A stretch of 64,000 nt of DNA. It comes from Podarcis erhardii. Taxonomy: Eukaryota. The first letter of the stretch is position 1. Every line of letters starts with the position of its first letter. The position numbers were made by a program, and so were the translations under genes. The stretch is from the NCBI GenBank assembly GCA_964252035.1, contig OZ176211.1, one strand, 5' to 3'. The notes beneath the pieces are model-generated. The model searched no databases, was not told the origin of the DNA, and worked only from the letters and a program-made list of their open reading frames with translations. Below are positions 1-11,500 of this stretch, one piece after another.

Positions 1-185
1 CAGGACTTTTGAAGTCCCTGCTCCCGTGAAATCTGTATAGGTTTTCTAGCTCCCTCCTCCCTGTGCCAGATATGTTGAAAAAGAAATATAGGAATGGTTT
101 GTCCTGCAGGCCATTCATTTGCCTTTGAAGCATCATACCCACTGAAACTGACCTGTGTTTTGTGCGCCAGTAGTGATTTTGGCCC

Positions 186-258
186 AGAAAAGCGAGATGA
201 GCACTGTACCCCATAGTCACCTTTGACTGGACTTAACCATCCAGGGATCCTTTGCCTT
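186..258 (+). mobile_element. Degraded Sauria SINE 3' end
   Basis: aaagcgagatgagc...cccatagtc...gactggacttaac...ctttgcctt. Confidence 0.65.
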
Positions 259-314
259 AACTACATAAACAAAAGGAAAAGGTGTTTCCTTCCTCTAGAG
301 TTCTCAAATAGTAG

Positions 315-749
315 TGTCAGGGAACTGCCATCGGAGCCAAGAGTGGAGGTAAGGCTCCCTAGCGATGCAGGAGAAGGGCCCAGCCGGGAGAGAGGGAACA
401 CTTCCTCGGAGGAAGGAAATCAGCGTGACACCAGGAAGAAAAGGGAGCCGGGAAGGACTTCGGAGAGATGGCTCCAAGACTCTTCCACAGAGACCAGAGG
501 GGAGAGCCCAGGACCTCCGCTGGCCACACCCACTCTGCGCAGAAAACTTCTGCGCAGGGAGACTAGGCGGCGACTTGGTGTCAAAGAGCTTTTATGCTGG
601 AAGAAGTTCAGGAAACGCCCACTGACGGATTCTGCCAGTGACTGACACAGCCACAGAGAAAGTGTTGTTCAGCCAGGGAAAGGTTTAGCCAGACAACGTT
701 GCCTAGAGCAGCGGCCACTTACACACGAGCAACCCCAATTCCCCTTACA
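315..749. mobile_element. Solo LTR (435 bp)
   Basis: Termini TGTCAGGG...CCCTTACA (7/8 inverted match); perfect 5-bp TSD AGTAG at 310-314 and 750-754. Confidence 0.8.
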
Positions 750-1515
750 AGTAGGCATGTACATATTGCAATGTGTACATTTAGTGGTGCAGCAGTAAAA
801 CTGCTAGCACATTTGCAAAGTAAAGTATGTTTTCAAATTGGATGGGGGACCATGTCGTGTTGAAATTCCTGCATTGCACAGGGTTTGGACCAGATGACCC
901 TCAGTGTTCCTTCCAATTCTATGTAGTGGGTTAATCAGTTAAAGGGCAGTAGCAGTTAACTATTTTCAAATATCCAGTGGGTCATCAAATCATATTGCGC
1001 TCTATAAATACCTTCTTGACTTCTTCTGACTTCATAAGTTTTGAAATGTTCGAGGATTTGCCACTGTTTTTCCATTTATGGAAACTGAAGAAAAAATTGT
1101 ATACTTCTGGGCTCACATACCTCTGGATAATTCTAAACCCAGAAATGTACCCTATGAAAAAACAATTGGAATTCATAAGGTTACCTGTAGGCTTTTCATA
1201 ATTAACCAGGGTACATAATGAAGGATAACAAAACCCATTTCGGCCATAATGAATGACCTCAAACAAAGCATGCAGAACAAATACTGTCTATATAGCAAAT
1301 GGATGTTCCAAAACATCCAAAATGATGAAAAAGCAACTTAATCACTAGAGGTCACTCTATTCCTTCAAATCTCAGATTGTGGTTCAGTCAACCAAGAATA
1401 TTTCCACACTACTTCGCTCTAGAATTTCCCCACACACTCACTTTTATGGGGAACTTACATGACATCATCAAATCTTTGTTCTCTGTCCCCTCCTCCTCCC
1501 CCCCCCCCGTACTTA

Positions 1516-1684
1516 CCATATTTTTTGCACCATAACACTCACTTTTTTCCTCCTAGAAAGTAAGGGGAAATGTCTGTGCGTGTTATGGAGGGAATGCCTA
1601 CGGGTGGCATGCCTACGGATTTTCCTCCTCTAAAAACTACATGCGTGTTATGGTCGGGTGTGTGTTATAGAGCGAAAAATACGG
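1516..1684. mobile_element. Tc1/mariner-type MITE, short derivative of the 53792-54675 element
   Basis: CC(A/G)TATTTTT TIR, TA TSD, both ends nearly identical to the long copy. Confidence 0.85.
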
Positions 1685-3047
1685 TATATGTTCTCTTTTG
1701 AGTGCTCCCAAAAGCTTACAGGACAGGGTGGGCTGGATCTCTGCAGGTGTAGACCAATCTGCCTTGGAAGGGGCATCGTTTGGGCATGTGCACCTTAATC
1801 CAAACAAGTCAGAGAGGCTCCAGTTCAAATCTGAGGTGGAGCAGGCAATGACATCCCACTCTCCAACTCTAGGACAAGTCGTTCTTGGCACCTGAGGCAG
1901 AAAATCCCAGAAAAAGCGGAGGGTCATCATAGGACAGCAGGAGAGCAGCTATGATGTCCTCAGAATCTTAGAGAAAGGCTGTGAATGTCACTTCTCAGGA
2001 ACCCTGCGTAGCCGCTTCCAGTTAGCATAGACAATACCCAGCTTGAGGAACCAACAGCCTGACTCACTATGAACCAACTTTCTACGTAAGTGTGTTTCCT
2101 CTTTCCTGGTAGTAAAAAATACAGCAATACTAAATCAAATCGCTAATGGTTTGTTTCCCATTTGTGAAACTGCCTCCCTCTGCCTGATTAAAGGACCGAC
2201 TCTGTAGCCCTTAGACATCCACTGCCACGTAGAAACATTTAATATCTTTTTACTGCAATCTGACCTGCTGAGCTGAGGAATGTTGCTAAACTAACTCAGC
2301 TTTTTACCACAACATTTTCTGCTGTTATTTGTCCCTTGTGCTACAAGTTTTTGATATTTTAGGACTGGCAATTTGGTTATGGTTAGGAAGGCCCTTAATG
2401 ACATCCTTTTTGGATGGTACCTCAGGTTAGGAAATTAATTCGTTCTGGAGGTCCGTTCTTAACCTGAAACTGTTCTTAATCTGAGGTACCACTTTAGCTA
2501 ATGGGGCCTCCCACTGCCGCTGCTACACAATTTCTGTTCTCATTCTGAAGCAAAGTTCTTAACCCAAGGTACTATTTATGGGTTAGCAGCCTCTGTAACC
2601 TGAAGCGTCTGTAACCCAAGCTACCACTGTATTGCAATCTGTGGTGTGTGGTCAGTGGACTAGCGGGACTGGGCTGGCCCCTAAACGTTCCTGGTAAATT
2701 AGAGGATTAAAACCTGGCACCTCTTTCCCAAAGCCTAGGAAGCTTCTGCCCAATTTAGGGAGGGAGGCATGATGCTCACTGCGATGTCACAACGTTACAA
2801 CATCACTCTCTGAAGCTGGCATCTCTGGCTGTGTTTCCTGACGAAAAATATCACAGCTGATTGCAATGCAGTTATTTCCCGACACACACACATACCAAAA
2901 AAAAAAATCACCACTGATTGCAGTGCAAGGGTCTGCCTCTGAAAAGCCTCCAGAAACTTCTACGAGGTCCTCAATCACACCCCTTACAATGAACAAGCAG
3001 CACGCAGCCAATGAATACTAAACAACCTTTTTGCACCCAGTGACTCT

Positions 3048-3429
3048 CTTTAAAGCCCTAAACAGCCTCGGCCCAGTATACCCGAAGGAGCATCTCCACC
3101 CCCATCATTCTGCCCGGATGCTGAGGTCCAGCGCCGAGGGCCTTCTGGTGCTTCCCTCACTGCGAGAAGCAAAGCTACAGGGAACCAGGCAGAGGGCCTT
3201 CTCGGTAGTGGCACCCACCCTATGGAACGCCCTCCCATCAGATGTCAAAGAGATAAACAACTACCTGACATTTAGGAAACATCTGAAGGCAGCCCTCTTC
3301 AGGGAAGTTTTTAATGTGTGACATTTTGATGTATTTTTAATCTTTGTTAGAAGCCACCCAGAGTGGCTGAGGAAACCCAGCCAGATGGGTGGGGTCTAAA
3401 TAATAAATTATTATTATTGTATTATTATT
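3048..3429 (+). mobile_element. L2-clade LINE 3' fragment
   Basis: [11 protein letters not shown]...[16 protein letters not shown]; (ATT)n tail. Confidence 0.85.
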
Positions 3430-3931
3430 TCCCAAACACTACACAACTGAAATAGGTGTCCCTACCATATCGGCACCCCAGGCAGTTTCCTTGCTTGCTT
3501 TTATGGTTGGGTCAGCCCTGAGTACAGCCAGCCTGGTTTACTCGTGTCCAGCTGAAGACACCTTTATGCAAGTCTTCTGATCCCCAAGACAGACATTTGC
3601 CTCCTGCAGCTGCTGCTACTCAAGACAGGTTCCTGCTTAATTGTTCTAGAGGCTATCTGGAAAACCACCCTCTGTACCTACACAGTACCTCTTGAACAAT
3701 CAGTAAAAATAAAAATGCCAGAGAGTTAACTGGCCACAACTGCAGTAAGGTTTTAGTGGTGTGGTGGTACATGTTCTCTTCAAAATAAGTCAACAAAGAG
3801 TTAAAAGAGTCTGAGCAGCAACTTCCATAGGAGTTGCCAGTTGCCACTTGCAGCAAAAAAAAGAACCAAGGGTGGCATTCAAGTTTTACTCAGAAAAGGC
3901 TCATCAAAATGAGTGGCTCTAACCTAGTCAT

Positions 3932-4275
3932 AGGGGGCGCGGGGGGCGCTGTGGGTTAAACCACAGAGCCTAGGGCTTCCTGATCAGAAGGTTGGCAGTT
4001 CGAATCCCCGCGACGGGGTGAGCTCCCGTTGCTCGGTCCCTGCTCCTGCCAACCTAGCAATTCAAAAGCATGTCAAAGTGCAAGTAGATAAATAGGTACC
4101 ACTCTGGCGGGAAGGTAAACGGCGTTTCCGTGCGCTGCTCTGGTTCACCAGAAGCGGCTTAGTCATGCTGGCCACATGACTGTACGCCAGCTCCCTCGGC
4201 CAATAAAGCGAGTTGAGCGCTGCAACCCCAGAGTCGGCCACGACGGGACCTAATGATCCGGGGTCCCTTTACCTT
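3932..4275 (+). mobile_element. Sauria-type SINE, full length
   Basis: tRNA-like head, (ACCTTT)n tail, 12-bp TSD TAACCTAGTCAT at 3920-3931 and 4276-4287. Confidence 0.92.
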
Positions 4276-4468
4276 TAACCTAGTCATGTTCATTAATTGA
4301 GTGAGTGAGATTCAGTTGAATACCAAATAATATTGTTGCACTTAAAGACTTGCAAATTTATTGCGGCATAAGGGGCCATTCAGCAGATGCATCAAGAGTT
4401 ACCCAGAGTTGTATGTGTGTGAGTTTCTATATATCTATCTATACACACATATGGCTTTGGGGGAGAAC

Positions 4469-4908
4469 CACTGCTGGATTTATGTATATGTTAAACAAGC
4501 TATAGCTTAGGGGGCCCCTAAAATTTAAAGGGGAAAAATCTGGATGTACATTTCCAAAATATAAGAGAGAAAAACAAATAAAATAAAACCTACATATAAC
4601 AACAGTGTTTTGTGTTGTGTAGGCTCCTATGATGGGCCCTTAAGTAATGGGCCCCGCCTGCTAACCTGCTCCCTCAAATATCACTGGTTTGCTCATTTTT
4701 ATATATAGGGTGCCTACATTCTGCATGGAATGATTGCATGGCAACATGTGCAAATGGCTTTAGATACCTATTAGGTCCACAAATTACCATATAGCATATA
4801 TTCAACACAAAAAACAGCAGCAACTTCTTGTTGACAAAGGCCAGCTGGACATATAAAGGGCCCCATTACCTGCAGTAGCTTAGGCCCTCATCAAAACTAA
4901 AACCAGCC
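4469..4908. mobile_element. Degraded hAT-like element in the ZP3 upstream region
   Basis: Ends resemble CAGGGCCGGATTT-type TIRs; no clear TSD. Confidence 0.4.
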
Positions 4909-5094
4909 AAGGGGAGAGCCTAAGTGCACAAAGGACTAGATCCTTACTTATTCAGATATTGTGGCCCAGGTGTAGCTGATTTTCTTGGCGTTCCCTGTTA
5001 AAAATGTCTTAACAGCAGGGGGTGGGAAGTGGCAACAAGTGATGTTCTATAAACGAGGCTCATTGCTTGCAATAGATAGCAAATGGGGAGAAGG

Positions 5095-5101
5095 TATAAA
5101 A
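5095..5101 (+). promoter_or_regulatory. Candidate TATA box of the ZP3-like gene
   Basis: TATAAAA 60 nt upstream of the ATG. E-boxes CAGGTG (4967-4972) and CAGCTG (4842-4847) lie further upstream, but these short motifs are weak evidence. Confidence 0.5.
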
Positions 5102-5160
5102 CGACTGCTGCTGTGTAGTTTTCTCTAGGGTGGTGGAATTTCAGAAATAACGTAAGCAGG

Positions 5161-5541
5161 ATGTTTGGGTTTGGGTGCTTCTTGTTGTGTTGTGTGATTG
5201 AGAGAGTGGCTTGTGCTACTATTGGGGAGTCTTCAAGGCACAAGCCAGTGACTGGGCAGCTGCAAAATGGCGCTAGCGAAGAATCTTCAAGGCAAGCTGA
5301 TGTACCTTCTCCTACGCAGCCCTTGACTTTGTTACCCACCAGCTCTCCGCGGCCTGTTGCGGTGCAATGCCACAAAGACGAAATGGTGATAGCCGTTCAC
5401 AGAGACCTGTTTGGGACCGGGCAGCTGATCCAAGCTGTTGATCTCCACTTAGGCCTGCAAGGCTGCCGATATACTTCTGCTGGTGCTTCTGACTTGATTG
5501 TTTTTGAGGTGGGGCTTCAAGAGTGTGGCATCAATCTACAG
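5161..5541 (+). CDS. ZP3: ZP3-like exon 1 (signal peptide, start of ZP-N)
   Basis: [11 protein letters not shown]...[10 protein letters not shown]...ECGINLQ, then donor CAG|gtaatg. Confidence 0.9.
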
Positions 5542-8500
5542 GTAATGTGAGACTTGTGTACAAATAAGATCCTTCTTGTGTATATATATATATATATGTG
5601 TGTATATATATTATATATATATATATGTATATGTGTATGTGTGTGTGTGTGTGTGTGTATACAGTGGTACCTCGGGTTAAGTAGTTAATTCGTTCCAGAG
5701 GTCTTAACCTGAAGCACCACTTTAGCTAATGGGGCCTCCTGCTGCCGCCACACTGCCAGAGCACAATTTCTGTTCTTATCCTGAAGCAAAGTTCTTAACC
5801 TGAAGCACTATTTCTAGGTTAGCAGAGTGTGTAACCTGAAGCGTATGTAACCTGAAGCGTATGTAACCCGAGGTACCACTGTGTGTGTGTGTGTGTGTGT
5901 GTATTCCTATATGCACTTACCTTGGAGTAAGTCCTGTTGTATTCAGTGGGGCTTCCTACTTTAGAGTGTTATTCCTGTGGGAGTTTCTGCCTAAGGTGCC
6001 GAAATATCTCCCTCTTCCCAGCAGAATAAAATGTAGCAATAATAAGTTACATAATAATTTGCTGCCCTTTTTATGATGTCGCAAACCTGAAGCAGCTGCC
6101 TTATTCTGCCTAATGAATAGGCTGTCCTGTCCTGTAAACAGCACTTTGGGGAGCAATTTGCAACTGAAAACTTATGCTGAGTCCTGCAGGTGTATCTTCT
6201 CTGAAAATTAAAAGTAATCACATGAAATGTGCTTGTTTGAATCCATTATTAGGGATGGGGAAATATATCAACTTGAGTTTTTCAGTTTGTTTTTTTTTCC
6301 AGTCATAAGTTCAGTTTGCTACACACACATTTCCACATAAGTTTGTGGGTTGTTGTTTTTTTTTTTAAGCTCTCACATTTTAGTGTGAATTCTGCTTTGC
6401 GTTCGTGCAGCAGTTTCCCCATAATGCAGTTTTATGTCATTTTCACCAGTGTATCAATTTATGTGCATACTTCACGCTAGTGTTTGCATTCTTATACACA
6501 TTACTTGACTTTCGATTTGCATTGTGAAATTTGGAGAAGTGAAAGTTCCAAAGGACAACTCCATTTCAGTTCACATATTGCTTGGCAAGCGTGGACTGGT
6601 TCGTTTCATCCTGAAAAGCTGAGTCTAATTTCTCCTCCATCCCTGGCCAGGAATGTAGTTCCTTGAAAATGCAGCTCACCAAAGTTATGCAAAAATTAAA
6701 AACCGGCCCTTAATCATCCCTTGTGAAAATAGCCTGACCTTAGTTACGCTCACTCCACAACCACTTTGTATTAATAGGTAACGGGCAATAACTCTGAACA
6801 CTAAAAATACAGAATACAGTGGTACCTCAGGTTAAGTACTTAATTCGTTCCAGAGGTCCATTCTTAACCTGAAACTGTTCGTAACCTGAAGCACCACTTT
6901 AGCTAATGGGGCCTCCTGCTGCCGCCACGCCACCAAAGCACGAGTTCTGTTCTCACCCTGAAGCAAAGTTCTTAACCTGAAGCTCTATTTCTGGGTTAGC
7001 GGAGTCTGTAACCTGAAGCGTATGTAACCCGAGGTACCACTGTATTGAAACCTGCGGTGAAGTGAATTGTCTAAAGACTACCGGGGTGCTTTATTCTTCC
7101 AGACAACAGCAGACTCCCTGTTCTACCACACAAGACTGTACTATAACCCAAGCTCTGCAAGCGGCCCTGGAATTGTAAGAAACAGCTCAGTAGAGATCCC
7201 TATTGAGTGCCACTACCCGAGGTGAGCATCATAGGCCACAGTTCAATAACCCACTTGCATGTCAACAGCCATTGAGTTGTAATTTCTTTTTCTTCTTAGG
7301 GAAGATAAGGTGGGCAGCAATGGCACCAAGCCCACCGGGGTTCCCTTGACTTCGACAAAGTCTGCAGAAGGAGGGTTCCGCTTTTCCTTGCGTCTGATGA
7401 CTGGTAAGGGAGATTCCAAACCTTGAAGAGGACAAAACAAAACAAATTCCTTCCAGTAGCACCTTAAAGACCAACTAAGTCAGTTCTTGGTATGAGCTTG
7501 AAGAGGACAGTGTGTCAGATACTATTTTAAGTCTCCCTCCTCTTCTTCCTTTCCTTTGTTCATTGTGGATGACTATAGATGACTGGAGTGCCGAGAGGGA
7601 GTCTACTCGATATTGGCTGGGAGACTATCTCCATATCCAAGCAGACGTCGAGAGGGAAGGAGACCATTTACCTCTCAGGCTATTGGTCGATAGCTGTGTG
7701 GCCAAACAGACACCAGAGGAAGATGCCAGCTTACAATATGCAATTCTTGACTTCCATGGGTAAGATTGGGGAGGAGGGGAATTGAGAGAGAGACTGACTA
7801 CCTTTAGTGGAACCCCTGGAAAGGGATTGTTACATGTCATTCCAATTTCTGAGCAGTGTGAGACTCCAGGAGTTAGTGATGGCTCTCTCTGGTGAAAAAC
7901 AGCATAGGGATTTGAGGGGTAAATTCCTGTTAGTGACCCAATCCTCACAGAAAGCAGAGGTTCTCTGTCTGCTTGCCCAGAGATTCACACAGAATCACTC
8001 CTGCCTATACCGACCTAGAATCAATTAAGGCCGCAATCCTAATGCAACTTACCTGGGAGTAAGTCCCTTTCAATGCAGGAAGACATGCCTTTGAGTGGTC
8101 GTGGTAAGGATTGTGCTGTAAGGCTGCAGTTCTACACACACCTTCTTGAAAGTAAACACCCTGGGCTTGCTTCTGCGTAAACATACATAAGTTCAGGTTG
8201 CACGTTTACATTCCCAAATAATTGCCACACTGGATTAATGCTCAAGCGTTTTTTTCCTGACTGTACCATCTTTGGACCCAGATGCCTGGTCGACGGGAGA
8301 ATTCATGATGTGAAATCCGCCTTCAAAATCCCAAGACCGCGCCTGGAAACACTCCAGTTCACCATAGAAGCGTTCAGATTTTCTGGGGACGTAAGGAACT
8401 TGGTGAGAGGACTCCTTCTTCTCACTAGCTTCCAGGCCCAGCCCTACCATTGGGCAGAATAAAAGTGATGGCAAGGGTGTTGAAGGGCAAGGCTGGGTGA

Positions 8501-11500
8501 TCCACCCTGTACCTCCTTAAGAGTGCCTGCTGTCCTTAGTAAGATTCAGCTGGCTGTGCAGTCCACTTCTTTCCATGCAGGCCCTATTTTGCCTTGCCCC
8601 TGGACAGCTGGCCCTGCTTACTTTTTTCATTTACAGTGAGATGGTGGCATTCCCCACTCTGACCCTGTTTAATTTCCCTTCAAGATCTACATTGCTTGCC
8701 ATCTGAGAGTCGTTGCGGCCGACAAAGGACCAGATCCTCTAAATAAAGCTTGTTCATTTAACAGCCAAAGAAGCCTGTAAGTATCGTAGCTTGCATTATG
8801 GGAAAGACAGGACTTTGAGGAGTACTAACGTGACCTTTTTGTATGTATCAGTTGGCTACCAGTAGAAGGCTCCGAGGACATCTGCAACTGCTGTGAAACT
8901 GGGAACTGTGTATCATCTAAAGGATGGCCCAGCACAAACAACCCCAGCAATCGCCGTACATCAGAACAGAGGGAACAAGTGACTTCGGGGTCAGGTATGC
9001 TCTAAACCTGGGCGGTGGGGAAACCTGTGATCCACCAGGTGGTGTTAGATTCTACCTGCCACCAGCTCCTTCCAGTATAGCCAGGTATAATTGGGGGTTG
9101 GGTCACATCCTACACCATGTTTATAAAGCACATGACTTCCCCCAAAGCATCCCAAGAACTACAGTTTGCTAATGGGGCAGGGGGTAAACTCCAGTTCCCA
9201 GGATTCTGTGGGGGAAGCCTTGGGCTTAACACCAGTCCTGAAAGATGTACATTGGCTCCCAGTACGTTTAAAAGTGTTGGTGCTGACCTTTAAAGCCCTA
9301 AACAGCCTTGGCCGAGTATACCTGAAGGAGCGTCTCCATCCCCATCATTCCACCCCCACTAAGGTCCAGCTCCGAGGGCCTTCTGGTGGTTCCCTCACTG
9401 CAAGAAGTGAGGTTACAGGGAACCAGGCAGAGGGCCTTCTCGGTAGTGGCACCATCTCTGTGGAAGTTTTAATATTTGATGTTTTATCGTGTTTTTAATA
9501 TTCTGTTGGGAGCCGCCCAGAGTGGCTAAGGAAACCCAGCCAGGTGGGTGGGGTATAAAGAATAAATTATTATAAGTCCAGCGTATGGATGTAACTTTGT
9601 ACCCAAGCAATAACTGGCCTGCCACAGCCTCCCGACCCCTGCTCTCAACTTACTCTATGGCAGTAGCTCAGCTACTGAGAACTGCAAACTACACACTAGC
9701 TGGATATTCTGGAACCTTCTGCATCTCTAAACTGAGTGGGAATGCTTGCATGTTGTCATAAGTGATGCTAAGAGCAATGCTATACATTTCCCATATTTCA
9801 AAGGTAAAAGCCGTGCGCATGGAGTTTCAAAAAATGTACAGTATTGTTTTCCACATTGCACAGAAAGCTTGTGGGACCAGCTCTTGCCTTTAACACCGGG
9901 GATAAGCTTGTTTTAAGGCTCTAAAACAACTCGTTCTGTTGTTCGCTTCTAGCTATCATTGACATCTCAGAAGGGGAAGCTGAGGCAGACCTTCTGGTGG
10001 GACCTCTCTTAATCCTCGATGCTCCTTGGGACCTCCAGAGAGGGGAAGTGGAAACAACAGACATGGGGGCCCAAGGTAAAAAAGGAAATGGCTAAATCGA
10101 AGGCTTGTGCTATGATAAAGTAGGGGTGGGGATCTGTGGCCCTCCACCTAACTTCCTGCAAGTGGGGAAATCCTGGAAGGGGACAAGAAGGGAAAAATTG
10201 CAGGGGAGGTGGTCAAAACAGATGAAGCCATGACTCCCTCTGCAACTATTGAGTTCAGACTTCTGGTGATAATGATCAGTTCCTTCCCAGGCAACCTCCT
10301 GAGGTGGACTGAATGGAGAAGTGGAGGTGCAGAGAGAAATTGGGGGGGCTGGCCCCCCACACACAACAGGTGTGCAGCCCCCCCCCAACAGAGAAGAGAG
10401 GTTCTGCTTGACACTTGAGGTGTAGGTTTTCAGGACCCACCCTATTCTTGTGACTGTAACTTGTTTTAATTTTTTAAATACTGAATTTTGAATTCTTGCC
10501 ACACACACCCCGGGACTTGCTGGTGAAAGGCAGGCAACAAATTTCATCACCCTCCTTGTCTTCATGTCTATGTGGCATTCCTAGAGAGTTTCAAGCCACT
10601 GACCAATGGAAGCCTCTCATCTAAGTCTTGCGATGGGAAGAAATGATCAGTTTTCTTCAAGTTTTGTGAAACATATTTACTTTGGAATTGGTGGAATGAT
10701 ACTTCTTGCAGGAAGGGCTATTGATGACAAATGGCCTGGAGGCTGAGAACTTGCTATTTGCATAGAATGTACTTGTCTAGAGGCTACAACATACAAAACC
10801 CTTGCTAGTTCTATGTTCTGGAGGATGGATGGCGGCTAACAGATTGAGGTTGAATCCTGACAACACAGAAGTACTGTTTTTGGGGGACAGGAGGCGGGCT
10901 GGTGTGGAGGACTCCCTGGTCCTGAATGGGGTAACTGTGCCCCTGAAGGACCAGGTGCGCAGCCTGGGAGTCATTCTGGACTCACAGCTGTCCATGGAGG
11001 CGCAGGTCAATTCTGTGTGCAGGGCCCCTGTTTATCAGCTCTGTCTGGTACGCAGACTGAGACCCTACCTGCCTGCATACTGTGATGCATGCTCTAGTTA
11101 TCTCTCGCTTGGACTACTGCAATGCGCTCTACGTGGGGCTACCTTTGAAGGTGACCCGGAAACTACAACTAATCCAGAATGCGGCAGCCAGACTGGTGAC
11201 TGGGAGCGGCCACTGGGACCATATAACACTGGTCTTGAAAGACCTGCACTGGCTCCCAGTACGTTTCCGAGCACAATTCAAAGTGTTGTTGCTGATCTTT
11301 AAAGCCCTAAACGGCCTCAGTCCAGTATACGTGAAAGAGCATTTCCACCCCCATTGTTCTGCCCGGACACCGAGGTCCAGTGCCGAGGGCCTTCTGGCGG
11401 TTCATGAGTACTTAACTAAACTATACTGCTAGGCTAGGCCAGAAAGTTCAGTTTATATCTGTCTTGTTGTGATTCCTTTCTTAAAGGTGAATCTCATGTG

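Noticed and set aside
223-645. 140-aa charged ORF
   Set aside because: Lies mostly inside a solo LTR with TSD; no splice context or recognisable domain.
985-1266. Minus-strand ORF with exon/intron-like signals (cag|gtaacc...catag, gag|gtatgt...ttcag)
   Set aside because: The implied introns are only 33-36 nt, too short for vertebrate splicing, and I recognise no protein in any frame.
1-5000. Expected terminal exons of ACP3, the human upstream neighbour of DNAJC13
   Set aside because: No acid phosphatase-like peptide or convincing exon found.
10163-10418. Possible extra ZP3 exon in intron 8 (ORF 10209-10418)
   Set aside because: The acceptor at 10162 gives a stop in the required phase 1; the open frame needs phase 2. 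A second acceptor at 10290 has no phase-compatible donor.
10802-11432. 166-aa and 116-aa ORFs inside the ZP3 gene (also 3031-3321, 9166-9498, 47205-47501)
   Set aside because: L2 ORF2 remnants, frameshifted or truncated; not host exons.
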